From a bacterium (GTDB taxonomy: Bacteria; UBA8248): 64,000 nucleotides of DNA. The position numbers and the translations under genes are program-made. Of this stretch, positions 28,460-39,570 are shown piece after piece. Each line of letters opens with the position of its first letter. Position 1 is the first letter of the stretch. The notes below the pieces were generated by a model that saw only the letters and a program-made list of their open reading frames with translations, ran no database searches and was not told where the DNA came from. Location: the NCBI GenBank assembly GCA_965213625.1, contig CBDBZU010000004.1:64001-128000 (forward strand). Direction: 5' to 3'.

Positions 28460-29305
28460 GTGGACATCATCAACGAGATCGGCGCGACCGCGTTCGTCAT
28501 TTCCTGTATGCGGGCGATGGAAAAAAATCAGGAGCACAAGCTGTTCGACGACCCCTATGCGACGCTGTTCGTCAACGAAGCGATTGAAGAGAAGGTTCAG
28601 GAGCAGATAAGGGTTTTCCCGCCCTCGCTGGAACTGGTTCGTTTCCGGGTGTGCGTCATGAGCGAGGTTGTCGAGCGCGGCATCGCGGACGGCATGAAGC
28701 AGATCGTCTCGCTCGGCGCGGGTTTCGATATGCGCGCCCACATCTATCAGACGGAAGGCGTCAGGTTCTGCGACGTCGACCAGCCTGCGGTGCTGCAGTT
28801 CAAGAACAAGGTCCTGGAAGCAGGCGGCGTCACGCCCTGCGCCGGAATCGATTGCAATTACCTCGAAGTCGACCTGCCCTCGGAACTGAAAAAAGCGGGC
28901 TTCGACCTCGAAGCGCCCATACTCTTCATATGGGAAGGCAACACCATGTACCTGCCGGTCGACCTGATCCACGATTTCCTCGCTCGAATGCGCGCGCAGG
29001 TCCCTCGTATGACCATCGCTTTCGATTATTTCTCCGAAAAGATCATCAACCGCACGTCCGGCGACGACAGGATCACCGAAGTCACGGATTTTTTCGAGAA
29101 CAACTTCAATGTGAAATGGGTGACGGGCTTCGACGACCTTTCCGTCCTCACGGAAAAGCACGGCTTCGAAGTGGTCGAATCCGAAAGCCTGATGGCAGTC
29201 GGCGAGCGACGCGCGCCGCAGTCCGTGGCGGCTGTCAAAGAGTACATGGACTTGGCGGCCAGTCTGTTGGAGTTGTATTCCTACTGCGTGCTCAAAGCGT
29301 CCTGA
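28460..29305 (+). CDS. SAM-dependent methyltransferase, LCM/Rv0731c-like family, copy 1
   Basis: TAF...RA.E...LFDDPYA, QIVSLGAGFDMR, DVDQP, FIWEGNTMYL, FDY. Confidence 0.9.
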   Translation: MDIINEIGATAFVISCMRAMEKNQEHKLFDDPYATLFVNEAIEEKVQEQIRVFPPSLELVRFRVCVMSEVVERGIADGMKQIVSLGAGFDMRAHIYQTEGVRFCDVDQPAVLQFKNKVLEAGGVTPCAGIDCNYLEVDLPSELKKAGFDLEAPILFIWEGNTMYLPVDLIHDFLARMRAQVPRMTIAFDYFSEKIINRTSGDDRITEVTDFFENNFNVKWVTGFDDLSVLTEKHGFEVVESESLMAVGERRAPQSVAAVKEYMDLAASLLELYSYCVLKAS

Positions 29306-29310
29306 GCTCC

Positions 29311-30132
29311 GTGGAAATCAACGAGGTCGGCTCCACGGCCTTTTTCCCCGCATGCGTCCGGCAGATGGAAAAAGACGAGGCGCGTCCCCTGTTCGAAGAT
29401 CCCTACGCGGGATGGTTCATCGACGAGGAAGCGACGGCGAAGTTCCGCGAGCTCATCCGCACCTTTCCGGCTGTCCGGGAGACGGCGCGCTACCGCGTGT
29501 GCATCATGAACGAGACGCTTAAGCGCGCGATCGCGGACGGCGTAAGCCAAGTCGTCACGCTGGGCGCCGGCTTCGACATGCGCTCGCAATTATACGCCAC
29601 CCCCGGCGTCAGCTTCTGCGACGTCGATCAGCCTGGGGTCCTCGAATTCAAGCGGAATGTTCTCGAAACGCACGGCGTCGCGCCCTGCGCCGCGGTTCCA
29701 GGCAATTACCTGGAAATCGACCTCCCCGGAGAACTCGGCCAGGCGGGCTTCGACCTGGAGGCGCAGACCCTGTTCATGTGGGAGGGGAACACCATGTACC
29801 TGCCGGCAAATCTCATCCATGACTTTCTGGATAGATTGCGCGCGCGGATTCCAAGCCTCATCGTCGCCTTTGATTATTTCTCGGAAAAAATCATCAACCG
29901 CACCTCCGGGAACGAGACGATGACGGCGACTTCGGATTATTTCGAAAGAAATTTCGGGGCGAAATGGGTGACGGGTTTTGACGATCTCTCCGTCTTCGAG
30001 AAGAGAAACAATTTCAAGATCATCCGCTCGGGCGCCATGCTGGACGTGTGCATGCGCTATGCGCCCGAATCCGCTCCGGCGCTCGCCGAGTGGACGGGGC
30101 TGCATTCCTACTGCGTGCTCGAATCCGCCTGA
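29311..30132 (+). CDS. SAM-dependent methyltransferase, LCM/Rv0731c-like family, copy 2
   Basis: GTG start, LFEDPYA, QVVTLGAGFDMR, FMWEGNTMYL. Clear paralog of the upstream gene. Confidence 0.9.
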   Translation: MEINEVGSTAFFPACVRQMEKDEARPLFEDPYAGWFIDEEATAKFRELIRTFPAVRETARYRVCIMNETLKRAIADGVSQVVTLGAGFDMRSQLYATPGVSFCDVDQPGVLEFKRNVLETHGVAPCAAVPGNYLEIDLPGELGQAGFDLEAQTLFMWEGNTMYLPANLIHDFLDRLRARIPSLIVAFDYFSEKIINRTSGNETMTATSDYFERNFGAKWVTGFDDLSVFEKRNNFKIIRSGAMLDVCMRYAPESAPALAEWTGLHSYCVLESA

Positions 30133-30280
30133 GTCTCACTTCCATCTCGGGGGTGTTTCGAAAAAACGCAGACATTGCAATCATTCCCCCCTTGAAGGTC
30201 ATTGGCGACTGATGAAAGAGGAAGAATCACTCCCCCCTTGGGGGGGGAGTGGTTGGTTAGTGTTCTACAAGGTGGGGGCA

Positions 30281-30308
30281 GTAGGGACAGGTCGCGACCT
30301 GTCCCTAC
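30281..30308. repeat. GTAG-type REP, perfect 28-bp palindrome
   Basis: GTAGGGACAGGTCGCGACCTGTCCCTAC, identical to 15912-15939. A neighbouring C6/G8 hairpin lies at about 30228-30252. Confidence 0.9.
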
Positions 30309-30358
30309 CGGAAACACAAAAATCGACAAACAAATAAACGATCGAATCCGCAGAATCC

Positions 30359-30736
30359 CTACAGCGTAATGACGAGGTCGGGCGCGGCGGGGGCGAGTGC
30401 GGCGTAGAGCTGCGGGAAGCAGCCTGCGCCCACGCCGGCCACCAGGCCCTTCGCCTTGACGTCGCCCGATCCGCATTGCTCGAACGTGCCCTCGGCGAGG
30501 TTGCGCCGCACGGCGCACTGATCGCAGACCATGAGGAGGATATTCTGCTCCGCGGGGACCTTGGCCAGGCGCTCGCCCACCTCGTCGCCCTCGCGCAGGC
30601 AGAACAGGTTGTCGTCGAAAAAGAACATGCCGACGACGTTCACACCGTGGTTGCCGGCTTCGAGTTGCGGCAGGATCATCGTGCCCAGTTTGTAGGTGGC
30701 CGACATGTCGGTGGCGAAAACGTATGCGATGTTCAT
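30359..30736 (-). CDS. DsrE-related sulfur relay protein, SaoD-like
   Basis: MILPQLE..HGV.VVGMFFFDDN, GERL, CDQCA, GCFPQLYAAL, VITL. Confidence 0.8.
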   Translation of the reverse strand: MNIAYVFATDMSATYKLGTMILPQLEAGNHGVNVVGMFFFDDNLFCLREGDEVGERLAKVPAEQNILLMVCDQCAVRRNLAEGTFEQCGSGDVKAKGLVAGVGAGCFPQLYAALAPAAPDLVITL

Positions 30737-30864
30737 TGTTTCAGTTCCTCCTCAGGTGTGTCTCTCGACTGGTTGAAAATGACCCTGCTACCCCTGTTCA
30801 CATCAAGTAATGTGTATTTTACGCTTGGAAACGGGGGTGAGCCTCTCATCCCGCGCAACCGGCG

Positions 30865-31695
30865 TCAACGCCAGTTTCTCGTTTCGAGGATTTTCCTGAA
30901 CCCAGGGATTTCCACCGCTTTTGAGGCTTCGACGCGCTCGACCTCACCTGCCTTCACGATGAAGAAAAATAACTTTTTGTAGATGCAGCCGGCGGGGCAA
31001 TCCCCCCACGCCTTGCGGACAACGACATGCCAGGCGTCGCCCGTTTTCGACGCTTCGATGTCAGAGCCGTCCCCCAGGTGCGCATCGGCTTCGGCGTACT
31101 CGACGCCCGCTATCTTAATGTAAGACTGCTGCGCCGCCCGGATGTTCAGGCGCTCGCTCAAGTGAATGACGAGGACGCCCGTATGTCGATAAGGACGCAC
31201 GGCCCGAAGCCCGAGCTTGGCGTTCAAGGCGTCGAACGCGCGATTCCCGGTGCGCAGCTTCACGGGTCCGTTTTTACCTTCAAGAAGGCTGGCGACAGCT
31301 TTGAACAAATCGGGTTTTACGCCCAGGAGAAGCACTCCGGGCAGGTGGTCCGCACGGACGAAAATTTTCGCTATCTCAGGGTGCGCGTATCTCAGCCGCT
31401 TGAGCACTCCCTCGATCTCGCGGGCAAGTTCGCGCCGCTGCTTCTCATCAAGGAGCAAGTCCTTGCTTTCTCTCGCCAGGATGCGGTGGGCCAGAACGGC
31501 CGCCTCGGAGAACGCCGCAGACTTTGTGGAATCGGCGCGTACGACCATCGGAGCCGTAGCCGCTTCCGAGGCTTGCGCCCTGGAGGAAACAACCCAGGCT
31601 ACAGACAGAAACAGGCAAACCGCCGCGAAGCGTAACCACTCCTTCGGGAAGGGATTTCCGCAATGCGTTCTATGGTGAGACAAACCCCCTTTCAT
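30865..31695 (-). CDS. Hypothetical exported protein with a WGDCPAGC motif
   Basis: Signal-peptide-like N-terminus (AQA), GDGSDI, C-terminal WGDCPAGC. Confidence 0.7.
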   Translation of the reverse strand: MKGGLSHHRTHCGNPFPKEWLRFAAVCLFLSVAWVVSSRAQASEAATAPMVVRADSTKSAAFSEAAVLAHRILARESKDLLLDEKQRRELAREIEGVLKRLRYAHPEIAKIFVRADHLPGVLLLGVKPDLFKAVASLLEGKNGPVKLRTGNRAFDALNAKLGLRAVRPYRHTGVLVIHLSERLNIRAAQQSYIKIAGVEYAEADAHLGDGSDIEASKTGDAWHVVVRKAWGDCPAGCIYKKLFFFIVKAGEVERVEASKAVEIPGFRKILETRNWR

Positions 31696-31739
31696 CTTGT
31701 CGAACCTCCATTAAGGGCCTTGCTATCCATAGTATCCTC

Positions 31740-33593
31740 TCATCCAGCAGCCCGCAGGCGGGGTCCAAGCCATATTCCCCAAGCCGCCAGCACGAGCAAC
31801 CCCGTAAATGCGGCCGCCCACGCGACCCCGCCAGTGGGGAACAGTATGACGGCCACGGCTACCACTCCATAAATCGCGCGCTCGGGGAGACGCAAAGGGC
31901 CTTTGAGATATCCGCTGAGCGCCACCGCCCAGGCGCCCGTCGCGCAGAACAGCGAAACGCACGCAAGGGCGACCCAGCCCAAATCTCCCTGCCCCAGCAG
32001 CCTCGGGTCGAACGCGAAGGCGAAGGGTATCAGGAACGAAACGAGGCTCAGGCGAAAGGCGATGAGGCTCGTCTCCATCGAGCCCGCTCCTGAAATTCCC
32101 GCTGCGGTGAACGACGCCAGCGCCACCGGCGGCGTGACCATCGAGAGCACGCAGTAGTACATGACGAAGAAATGGGCGGGAAGCTCTGCTATGCCTAAAT
32201 CCTTGAGCGCAGGCGCGAACAGAATCGCTCCGATGATGTAGGCGGCGACCGTCGGCAGGCCCATCCCCATGATGAGGCAGCCGATGATGATCAGGAACAT
32301 GGCGAAAAACAGCTTGCCGCCCGATGCGCCAATGAGCCCCGAGGAGAACTTGAGCGCCAGGTTCGACTGGATGGCGACGGCGATGATAATCCCGATGGCG
32401 GCGATGGGCACGGCAATTTCTGCGGCCTGTCGCGCGCCGTTCCGCACAACTTCGGCCCAGCCTGCGAGGCTCAGCCAGCTCCTGCGGCGAAAGTATGCGA
32501 CCACGGCGCACGAAGCCGTACCGATGACGGCGGCGTAGGTGGCCGAAAAACCCGCGACCAGCATGGCGATCAGCGCAAGCGGCGGAAGAAGAAGATAGAG
32601 CCTTCCCGCGATGGGTTCCTCGGGTGTCAGTTCGCTCGCCCCGAGCGCGAGCGCGCCCTCGGCCCGTGCCCGCAGGTCGATGAAGATGAAGATAGCGGCG
32701 TAGAACGCGAGTGCCGGGATGAGTCCCGCCACTGCGATGCGCGCGTAGGATATCTGCAGCAACTCCGCCATCACGAACGCGGCAATGCCCATGATGGGCG
32801 GCATGAGCTGGCCGCCTGTCGAAGCGATGGCCTCCACAGCGCCCGCGTGCGCAGGGCCGTAGCCGGTCTTTCGCATCAGCGGGATGGTGAAGACGCCCGT
32901 CGTCGCCACGTTCGCCACCGCGCTGCCGCTGATCGAACCCATCAGGCTCGAACTCACGACAGCGGCCTTCGCAGCGCCTCCGGCGAAGCGTCCCGCCACC
33001 TTGAGCGAGAGGTCGATGAACAACTGCCCGCCGCCTATCCCTGAGTAAACCGCACCGAAGAAAACGAAGTAGAAGACGAACTGCAGCGAAGTCGCCGTCG
33101 TGATCCCCAACACGCCGTTGGTCGTCATGGTCATGATCTCGACCACTTCGTCAATCGTGAAACCCCGGAAGCCGAGTGCGCCGGGCAGCATCTTGCCGAC
33201 GAACGCATAGGCGAAAAATACGAGCAGAACGCCCAGAAGCGGCCAGCCCACCGTGCGGCGCACCCCCTCGAACAACAACACCATGATGAGCGCGAAGGCC
33301 GCCACGTCGACGGCGAGGACCGGGTCGATGGTCTCCATGCGTTCGGTGAGGCGTGTGGATGAGAGGGCGTAATAGGCGAAAACAGCCGCCGTGCCGGCGA
33401 GCAGCAGACCGTCCGTCAGGCGATTGCGCCGCGCCTGAGCGCCAGTTTTATTCAGTGGGTTAAAGAGCAGGACGAGCGCCAGCGCCAGAAGCAGGTGGAT
33501 GGGCCGCTCGACCAGCGGCGCCTGCGGGTAGAAGACGATCCACATCTGGAACGCCAGCCAGACGCCGTCGATACCAAGCTTTTCCATGCGCAT
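31740..33593 (-). CDS. TRAP transporter fused 4TM/12TM permease
   Basis: GSISGSAVANVATTG, EAIASTGGQLMPPIMG, GMGLPT, TPPVALAS. Confidence 0.95.
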   Translation of the reverse strand: MRMEKLGIDGVWLAFQMWIVFYPQAPLVERPIHLLLALALVLLFNPLNKTGAQARRNRLTDGLLLAGTAAVFAYYALSSTRLTERMETIDPVLAVDVAAFALIMVLLFEGVRRTVGWPLLGVLLVFFAYAFVGKMLPGALGFRGFTIDEVVEIMTMTTNGVLGITTATSLQFVFYFVFFGAVYSGIGGGQLFIDLSLKVAGRFAGGAAKAAVVSSSLMGSISGSAVANVATTGVFTIPLMRKTGYGPAHAGAVEAIASTGGQLMPPIMGIAAFVMAELLQISYARIAVAGLIPALAFYAAIFIFIDLRARAEGALALGASELTPEEPIAGRLYLLLPPLALIAMLVAGFSATYAAVIGTASCAVVAYFRRRSWLSLAGWAEVVRNGARQAAEIAVPIAAIGIIIAVAIQSNLALKFSSGLIGASGGKLFFAMFLIIIGCLIMGMGLPTVAAYIIGAILFAPALKDLGIAELPAHFFVMYYCVLSMVTPPVALASFTAAGISGAGSMETSLIAFRLSLVSFLIPFAFAFDPRLLGQGDLGWVALACVSLFCATGAWAVALSGYLKGPLRLPERAIYGVVAVAVILFPTGGVAWAAAFTGLLVLAAWGIWLGPRLRAAG

Positions 33594-33667
33594 GGTTCAT
33601 GAAACCCCGATGCGAGGAAACGGAGCGGAAGACGAAACTCGTCGTCCCCCGCCCCGTCGTGGTCGGT

Positions 33668-34681
33668 CTACAGCCAGCCTTTTTCCTTGAAATACTTCGC
33701 GGCGCCCGGATGGAGCGGCACCCCGACGTTCGCCGTTTTGCCACCATTTTTGGGCTTGAAGAATCTCCAGGCCGCGTGGGCCTTGCCCATGGCCTTCTTG
33801 TTCTCGGCCAGCGTTTTCGTGATGGTGTAGGCGAGTGAATCCGACATGTCCTTGTGCGCGATGAGCACCGTTCCGAGGTCGACCGCCATTACCTTGCCCT
33901 TGATGCCCTTGAACCACTTGCCCGGCACGGCCGCCGTCCGCAGGCCATTGGCGGCGAGGGCCTTGAGCGCCTTTTGGGGGAAACTCAGGAAGCGCATCGC
34001 GTTGGTGGTCGTGACTTCCGTCACCGTCGGGTGCCTCGGGATGGCGACCTCGAAGTAGAGGTCCGCCCTGCCGTCCTTGATGATCGCCGGAATCTGGTTC
34101 GCGGCCACCTGGATAATCTTGCCGCCCCGCGCCTTCATGTCCTTGCGGCTGGTTCCCAGCGCGGCCATGAGCATGTCGGCGACGACGGGGACGGTGCTGC
34201 CCGCAGGCTTCATGACGATGCGCGCGGGCGGCTTGGAGAGCATCGCTTTTTCGAGCGTGTCGTTGCCCGTCCGCTTGATGTAGCTCTCCGTCACCATAGC
34301 TGTGACGCGCACCTTGTTCAGTCCGCCGATGAGCGCGCGGATGTTGTTGTGCTTTTGCTTGTATACACCCTTCAAGCCGTTGTATGCCCAAAGTGCGGAG
34401 GCGACGTTCGAAAGCGCGATGGTCGCCTTTTTCTTGTCCACGGCGGCGGGATTGCTCACGCCTCCGCCGCGCGCGATCACTTCGGGGTTGCTGCCCTTGG
34501 GCAGGCTGGGCTTGAGCAACTGCGCCAGCGTGGCGCCGAAGACGTACCAGGCCGAACCGGGCCGCATCGCGCCGATACTGAAAGAATCGGCGGCGTATGC
34601 CGCAGGGCCCGCGCCCGTTATCAGGGCCGTCAGTAAAAGGCCGAGCATCAACCCCTTGAAGCGCATTCTTTTTCTGAGCAT
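33668..34681 (-). CDS. TAXI-family TRAP solute-binding protein
   Basis: Signal peptide, GSAWY, GGGVSN, PLHPGAAKYFKEKG. Confidence 0.93.
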   Translation of the reverse strand: MLRKRMRFKGLMLGLLLTALITGAGPAAYAADSFSIGAMRPGSAWYVFGATLAQLLKPSLPKGSNPEVIARGGGVSNPAAVDKKKATIALSNVASALWAYNGLKGVYKQKHNNIRALIGGLNKVRVTAMVTESYIKRTGNDTLEKAMLSKPPARIVMKPAGSTVPVVADMLMAALGTSRKDMKARGGKIIQVAANQIPAIIKDGRADLYFEVAIPRHPTVTEVTTTNAMRFLSFPQKALKALAANGLRTAAVPGKWFKGIKGKVMAVDLGTVLIAHKDMSDSLAYTITKTLAENKKAMGKAHAAWRFFKPKNGGKTANVGVPLHPGAAKYFKEKGWL

Positions 34682-34723
34682 GGGTTTCCTCCCCTCTTTG
34701 GTTTGTCCTTGAGAGACGAATGT

Positions 34724-35677
34724 TTATCCGGTAGTCGCGGTTTCGAGTTTCAGCAGGCCCGATTGCTCCACGGCGTTTTTGATCGCCTCGAACGTGCGTC
34801 CCTTGGCCACCTCGCTCGGCGGACGCACGACGGGCGATTTGAAGCGCCCGGCGAGCACCATCGCCGTTTTCATGCGCGCGTGCGCCTCCCCTGAGGGCTC
34901 GCCGCTCGAATATACGACTTCCTTGAGCGGTAGAATCTGCGCCTGTATCTCCTGCGCGCGGTGCAGGTCGCCCGCCTTGACGGCCTCATAGAGCGCCACG
35001 ATGAGGTCGGGAATGAACGAGGCGAACCCGACGAGCGCGCCGTCCACGCCCTGCACCATCGAGGCGAGGAGATATTCGTCGTGACAGGTGAGGATCGTCG
35101 TATCGGGCGCGTTCTCGCGGATGGAGGCGATGTCGCGCGCGTATTGGGACATCTCGCGCGTGCCGACCTTGAAGCAGGTCACCCAGGGAATCCTCCCGAG
35201 TTCGCCCAGAAGCTCCGAGCTGTAGCTCGCCTTCGTCCACGCGGGATACACGTGCACCACCAGGTTCAGGTCGGACGCCTCGCCGACTGCCGTGAAGTAG
35301 TCGATGACGTGCTGCGGCCGGTGTCCGAAACGCAGCCAGTGGTGAAACGGCATCACGAGCAGCCCGTCGGCACCGGCTTCCCGGGCCATCTTGGCTTGTT
35401 CGATACCGTCGCGGATGCCCTCGCACGCAAGACCCGAGATGACCGGCACGCTTCCGCCTACGGCGTCAGCGACGATCCGCGTCACCTCGGCGCGTTCGCG
35501 TGCGGTAAATGAGAATACCTCGCCCGTGTGGCCGTTGGTGACGAGCCCGTTCACACCCTCGAATCCGGCCAGCCACCGGGAAAAACGGCGAAGCTCGGCC
35601 TCATCAATATCCATGTTGTCCAGCATGGGAACCTGCATCGCGGGCAGGATTCCCGAATAGCTTCTGCGTTCCACCAT
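34724..35677 (-). CDS. Dihydrodipicolinate synthase/N-acetylneuraminate lyase family aldolase
   Basis: GILPA..VP, NGHTGE, GADGLLVMP, Schiff-base Lys in CFKVG. Confidence 0.9.
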   Translation of the reverse strand: MVERRSYSGILPAMQVPMLDNMDIDEAELRRFSRWLAGFEGVNGLVTNGHTGEVFSFTARERAEVTRIVADAVGGSVPVISGLACEGIRDGIEQAKMAREAGADGLLVMPFHHWLRFGHRPQHVIDYFTAVGEASDLNLVVHVYPAWTKASYSSELLGELGRIPWVTCFKVGTREMSQYARDIASIRENAPDTTILTCHDEYLLASMVQGVDGALVGFASFIPDLIVALYEAVKAGDLHRAQEIQAQILPLKEVVYSSGEPSGEAHARMKTAMVLAGRFKSPVVRPPSEVAKGRTFEAIKNAVEQSGLLKLETATTG

Positions 35678-35900
35678 ATCGTGCTCTCCTTCTTGACGTT
35701 TCCGCCGCCGGGTTCTGCGGCGAAATAAACGGATTTTTCAGCGCCGGGGCGCTCATCTGTCGAACCAATGGTAGTCGGTTATTTTAGCCGAGCGGATATG
35801 AAATGCAATCGGGAGACTCGATCCTCACTTCATCTACAGCAAGGAATTCCCGGCTCACGCCTCTCGACCGGCCATTTTCTGTGAAACCAGTACGCCCGCC

Positions 35901-37427
35901 TTAGTCATCGATAACGCTCACCTCTGGCTCCAGTTCCATCAGAGCGGCCAGGGCCTCGAAGCGGCGCACGACGACCTCGCCTAGCATATTCCGGTCGCGG
36001 CGGCGGTACTTCAGCTTGAGAGAACCCCGGCGCGTCGACGGCTTGACCGAAAAACGCCCCAGCAGGCCGGGAACGCCGCCGCACAGAGTCTCGCCCAGGC
36101 GCACGGCGGAGCCGATGATGCGCGCGCGACCGGCGGTCTCCTCATCCAGCAGCCGCACGACGGTGCGCAATTCCCCTTGGGTATCCCGGCTCGTATAACG
36201 CCCGTAAACGGCCAGCGCGAGAAACACCCGCTCCTCGTGGCTGACGTGTAATGCGCGCGCATGCAGCACCTCGGCGCAGGCCTGGGCGGCCCGGTAATCG
36301 GGGTGCACCCGCCAGCCGACGTCGCTGAGCAGGCAGACGGCGTGACGCAGGCGCAGCTCGGACGCGCTCTCGCTGGGAAAAAGGCTTTCCGTCCACTCGA
36401 GCAGTTCAGGAGCATGGTCGGGAAACCGCGCGGTGCGGGAATGAATGTCGCCCACCGCACTGAGCAGCGGGTCCTCGTTCCGGACCCGCTTCCCCAGACA
36501 AGCATAAGCGAGTCCCTCGCGCAGACCGTGCGCGGAGAAGACGACGTCACGCGGCGCAGTGACCGCCAGCAGGCGTTCCATCACAAGTGCGGCGAGCGGC
36601 AGCAAATCGAGCCGCCTGCCCGATACGCCCCGAATTCCCGTCAGCGATTCCCGGCTCTGGCGGGATATCAGATCGGCGATTTGCTCGAGGTCGCCGCGGC
36701 TCAGCCGGTAATGATGAATGATGTTGAGCGGATAGCCCGAATGCGACATGTGGGCGTGCGCCAAAGCCCGCCAGTTGCCGCCGACGGCATAGAAAGTACG
36801 CTTGCGCATTTTGGTGAGCCAGGGCAACTCGGCCAAAGCCTCTTCGATAATCTTGCGCGCGCGCTTGCGCTGGCCGCCCGAGGCGGCGAAGAGGTTGAGC
36901 GGCCCGAGGGGCAGCGTCGCCTGCTCGGATATAACGCCATCGACCAGGTGGACCAGTTCGAGGCTGCCGCCGCCCAGGTCGCCCACGACGCCGTCCGCCC
37001 CCGGCGCTCCGCTCAACACGCCGAGCGCCGCCATCTCCGCTTCTTCGGCGCCGGAGAGCACACGCACGCGAAAACCGCACCGCCGCTCCACCTCGTCGAC
37101 GAACTTGGCCCCATCCTCGGCGTCGCGCACCGCCGCGGTGGCGATGGCGTCGAAGCGCGTCACCCCCATCGCGCGCAACAGGACGCCAAAGCGCTCGATG
37201 TTCAGGAGCGCCTGTTCGATGCCTTCCGGATTGAGCCTGCCGGTATCGTGTAAATTGCGGCCCAGGCCGCACAGGATTCTTTCGTTGAACAGAGGCAGGG
37301 GCGCGCGCAGCAACCCCTCGAACACGACCAGTCGGATCGAGTTGGAACCAATGTCGATTACGCCGTAGCGTTCGTGAGAGCCGGTCGCCTCATCGACGAG
37401 GCCTGGTCGTTCAACCGTCTTCCGCAA
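35901..37427 (-). CDS. ppx: Exopolyphosphatase Ppx/GppA
   Basis: [45 protein letters not shown]. Confidence 0.95.
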   Translation of the reverse strand: MRKTVERPGLVDEATGSHERYGVIDIGSNSIRLVVFEGLLRAPLPLFNERILCGLGRNLHDTGRLNPEGIEQALLNIERFGVLLRAMGVTRFDAIATAAVRDAEDGAKFVDEVERRCGFRVRVLSGAEEAEMAALGVLSGAPGADGVVGDLGGGSLELVHLVDGVISEQATLPLGPLNLFAASGGQRKRARKIIEEALAELPWLTKMRKRTFYAVGGNWRALAHAHMSHSGYPLNIIHHYRLSRGDLEQIADLISRQSRESLTGIRGVSGRRLDLLPLAALVMERLLAVTAPRDVVFSAHGLREGLAYACLGKRVRNEDPLLSAVGDIHSRTARFPDHAPELLEWTESLFPSESASELRLRHAVCLLSDVGWRVHPDYRAAQACAEVLHARALHVSHEERVFLALAVYGRYTSRDTQGELRTVVRLLDEETAGRARIIGSAVRLGETLCGGVPGLLGRFSVKPSTRRGSLKLKYRRRDRNMLGEVVVRRFEALAALMELEPEVSVIDD

Positions 37428-39570
37428 TACGCAACCTCGCCGGGCCGCCGGCCCGCCTGAGCGCGCTTCCGCGACCGGACAGACTCGGATTTGTCATGAA
37501 ATAGGTGTGCGCCGTAAAATCTTCTTCCCCGAGCGGCGCGCGCTCGTAGTCGCCGTCGCCGGCCATGTTCCAGCTTTGCGCATCGTCCTTGTAATTCGCC
37601 ACCATGATCTGGTCGAGCACCTGCTGGTGCACGGTATCGTTCTCTATCGGCACCAGCACCTCGCAGCGGCGGTCGAAATTGCGCGGCATCCAGTCGGCCG
37701 AGGTGATGAACACCTTCGCGTGAGGCGAGGGCAGCGGGTGGCCGTTGGCGAAACACACGATGCGCGAATGCTCCAGAAAACGCCCGATGATGCTCTTGAC
37801 CCGGATGTTCTCCGACAAACCCGGCACGCCCGGACGCAGGCAGCAGATGCCGCGCACCACCAGGTCGACCTGCACGCCTGCGGCGCTCGCCTGGTAGAGC
37901 TTGTCGATCACCGTCCCGTCGACGAGAGAATTCATCTTCGCCCACACCCCCGCCGGCCGGCCCGCTTCGGCGTTGGCTATCTCATCGTCAATCATCTCCA
38001 GGACGGATTTCCGAAGCCCCGAGGGCGCCACGGCGACGCACTCGAAACTTGCCGGCAGCGCATAGCCGGTCGTCAGGTTGAACACTTGCGCGGCGTCATG
38101 GGCGAGACGCTCATCGCAGGTGAAAAACGAGAGGTCCGTATAAATGCGTGCGGTAATCGGATGGTAGTTGCCTGTGCCGAAGTGCACGTAGCTCCGCAGA
38201 TCTTCTCCCTCGCGCCGCACGACGCAGGTGACCTTGGCGTGGGTCTTGAGCTTCATGAAGCCATAGACCACGTGGACGCCGGCGCGCTCCAGCGAGCGAG
38301 AGAGCTTGAGGTTGGTCTCCTCATCGAAGCGCGCCTTGAGTTCCACCATCGCGGTGACCGATTTGCCCGATTCCGCCGCCGCAATGAGCGCCCTGACGAT
38401 GGGCGACTCGTCAGTCGTCCGGTAGAGCGTCTGCTTGATGGCCAGCACGTTCGGGTCGGCCGCCGCCTGCTCGAGAAACTGCACCACCACGTCGAAACTC
38501 TCGTAGGGGTGGTGGACGACAATGTCCTTGTGGCGGATCGCCGCGAAGCAATCGTTGTCGTACTCGCGGATGCGCTCGGGAAAGCGCGCCCGGTACTCAG
38601 GGAAAATCAGGTCCGGCCGCCCGCAATCGATTAGCTCATCGAGTTGCGCCATGCCGATGGTGCCGGTCAGTTCCACGATGTCATCGGGCTGCGCGTCGAA
38701 CTCGTCAATCACCAGCTCGCGCAGCGAATCCGGCATATCGGCGCTCAGGTTCAGGCGCACCACACCACCGAGCCTTCGCCTGCGCAGCATGGTCTCGAAC
38801 AACAGGACGAGGTCTTCGGCCTCTTCTTCATATTCGATATCGCTGTCGCGGATGAGGCGGAACACGCCGCTGCCGACGATCCGGTAGCCGGGGAACAGCT
38901 GATCGATGAACAGTCGCACCAGATTCTCCAGCGCGATGAAGCGGACCTCCTCTCCCGGCAGGCGTATGAAGCGGCGCACCTGATCGGGCAGCGGCACCAG
39001 CGCCCGCATCTTCCGGGCGCCCTCGATGGCTTCGAGCTCCAGCGCCAGGGAGAATCCGCGATTTGCAATGAAGGGAAACGGGTGCGCCGGGTCGATGGCG
39101 AGCGGCGTCAGCACGGGGAAGACCTGCTTGAGGAAGTAGTCGCCCAGCCATTCGACCTCCTCCGCACTCAAGTCTTTTGCAGCGACCACCGATATACCGA
39201 CCTCGGCGAGTTCAACTTGTAAACGCCGCCACACCGCTTCCTGTTCGCGAATCAGCCGCGCGCTCTCCCGGGAGACTTCGGCCAACTGCTCGGCGGGCGT
39301 GCGGCCATCGAGGCTTTTCTGGGTCACGCCGTTCGCCACCTGTCCCTTGAGGCCCGCCAGACGCACCATGAAGAATTCATCGAGGTTGCTCGCCGAAATC
39401 GAGAGGAAGCGCAGGCGCTCGAGCACGGGGTGGCGGGGGTTGCTCGCCTCAGCGAGCACGCGCCAGTTGAAGGAGAGCCAGGAAAGCTCGCGATTCAGAT
39501 AGCGGCGGCGCGGATCGAGGATAGGCTCGGCGGCGACGGCGGAGGATTCATCTTCGGCCAGGCGCGACAT
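37411..39570 (-). CDS. ppk1: Polyphosphate kinase 1
   Basis: [57 protein letters not shown]. Confidence 0.97.
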   Translation of the reverse strand: MSRLAEDESSAVAAEPILDPRRRYLNRELSWLSFNWRVLAEASNPRHPVLERLRFLSISASNLDEFFMVRLAGLKGQVANGVTQKSLDGRTPAEQLAEVSRESARLIREQEAVWRRLQVELAEVGISVVAAKDLSAEEVEWLGDYFLKQVFPVLTPLAIDPAHPFPFIANRGFSLALELEAIEGARKMRALVPLPDQVRRFIRLPGEEVRFIALENLVRLFIDQLFPGYRIVGSGVFRLIRDSDIEYEEEAEDLVLLFETMLRRRRLGGVVRLNLSADMPDSLRELVIDEFDAQPDDIVELTGTIGMAQLDELIDCGRPDLIFPEYRARFPERIREYDNDCFAAIRHKDIVVHHPYESFDVVVQFLEQAAADPNVLAIKQTLYRTTDESPIVRALIAAAESGKSVTAMVELKARFDEETNLKLSRSLERAGVHVVYGFMKLKTHAKVTCVVRREGEDLRSYVHFGTGNYHPITARIYTDLSFFTCDERLAHDAAQVFNLTTGYALPASFECVAVAPSGLRKSVLEMIDDEIANAEAGRPAGVWAKMNSLVDGTVIDKLYQASAAGVQVDLVVRGICCLRPGVPGLSENIRVKSIIGRFLEHSRIVCFANGHPLPSPHAKVFITSADWMPRNFDRRCEVLVPIENDTVHQQVLDQIMVANYKDDAQSWNMAGDGDYERAPLGEEDFTAHTYFMTNPSLSGRGSALRRAGGPARLRIAEDG

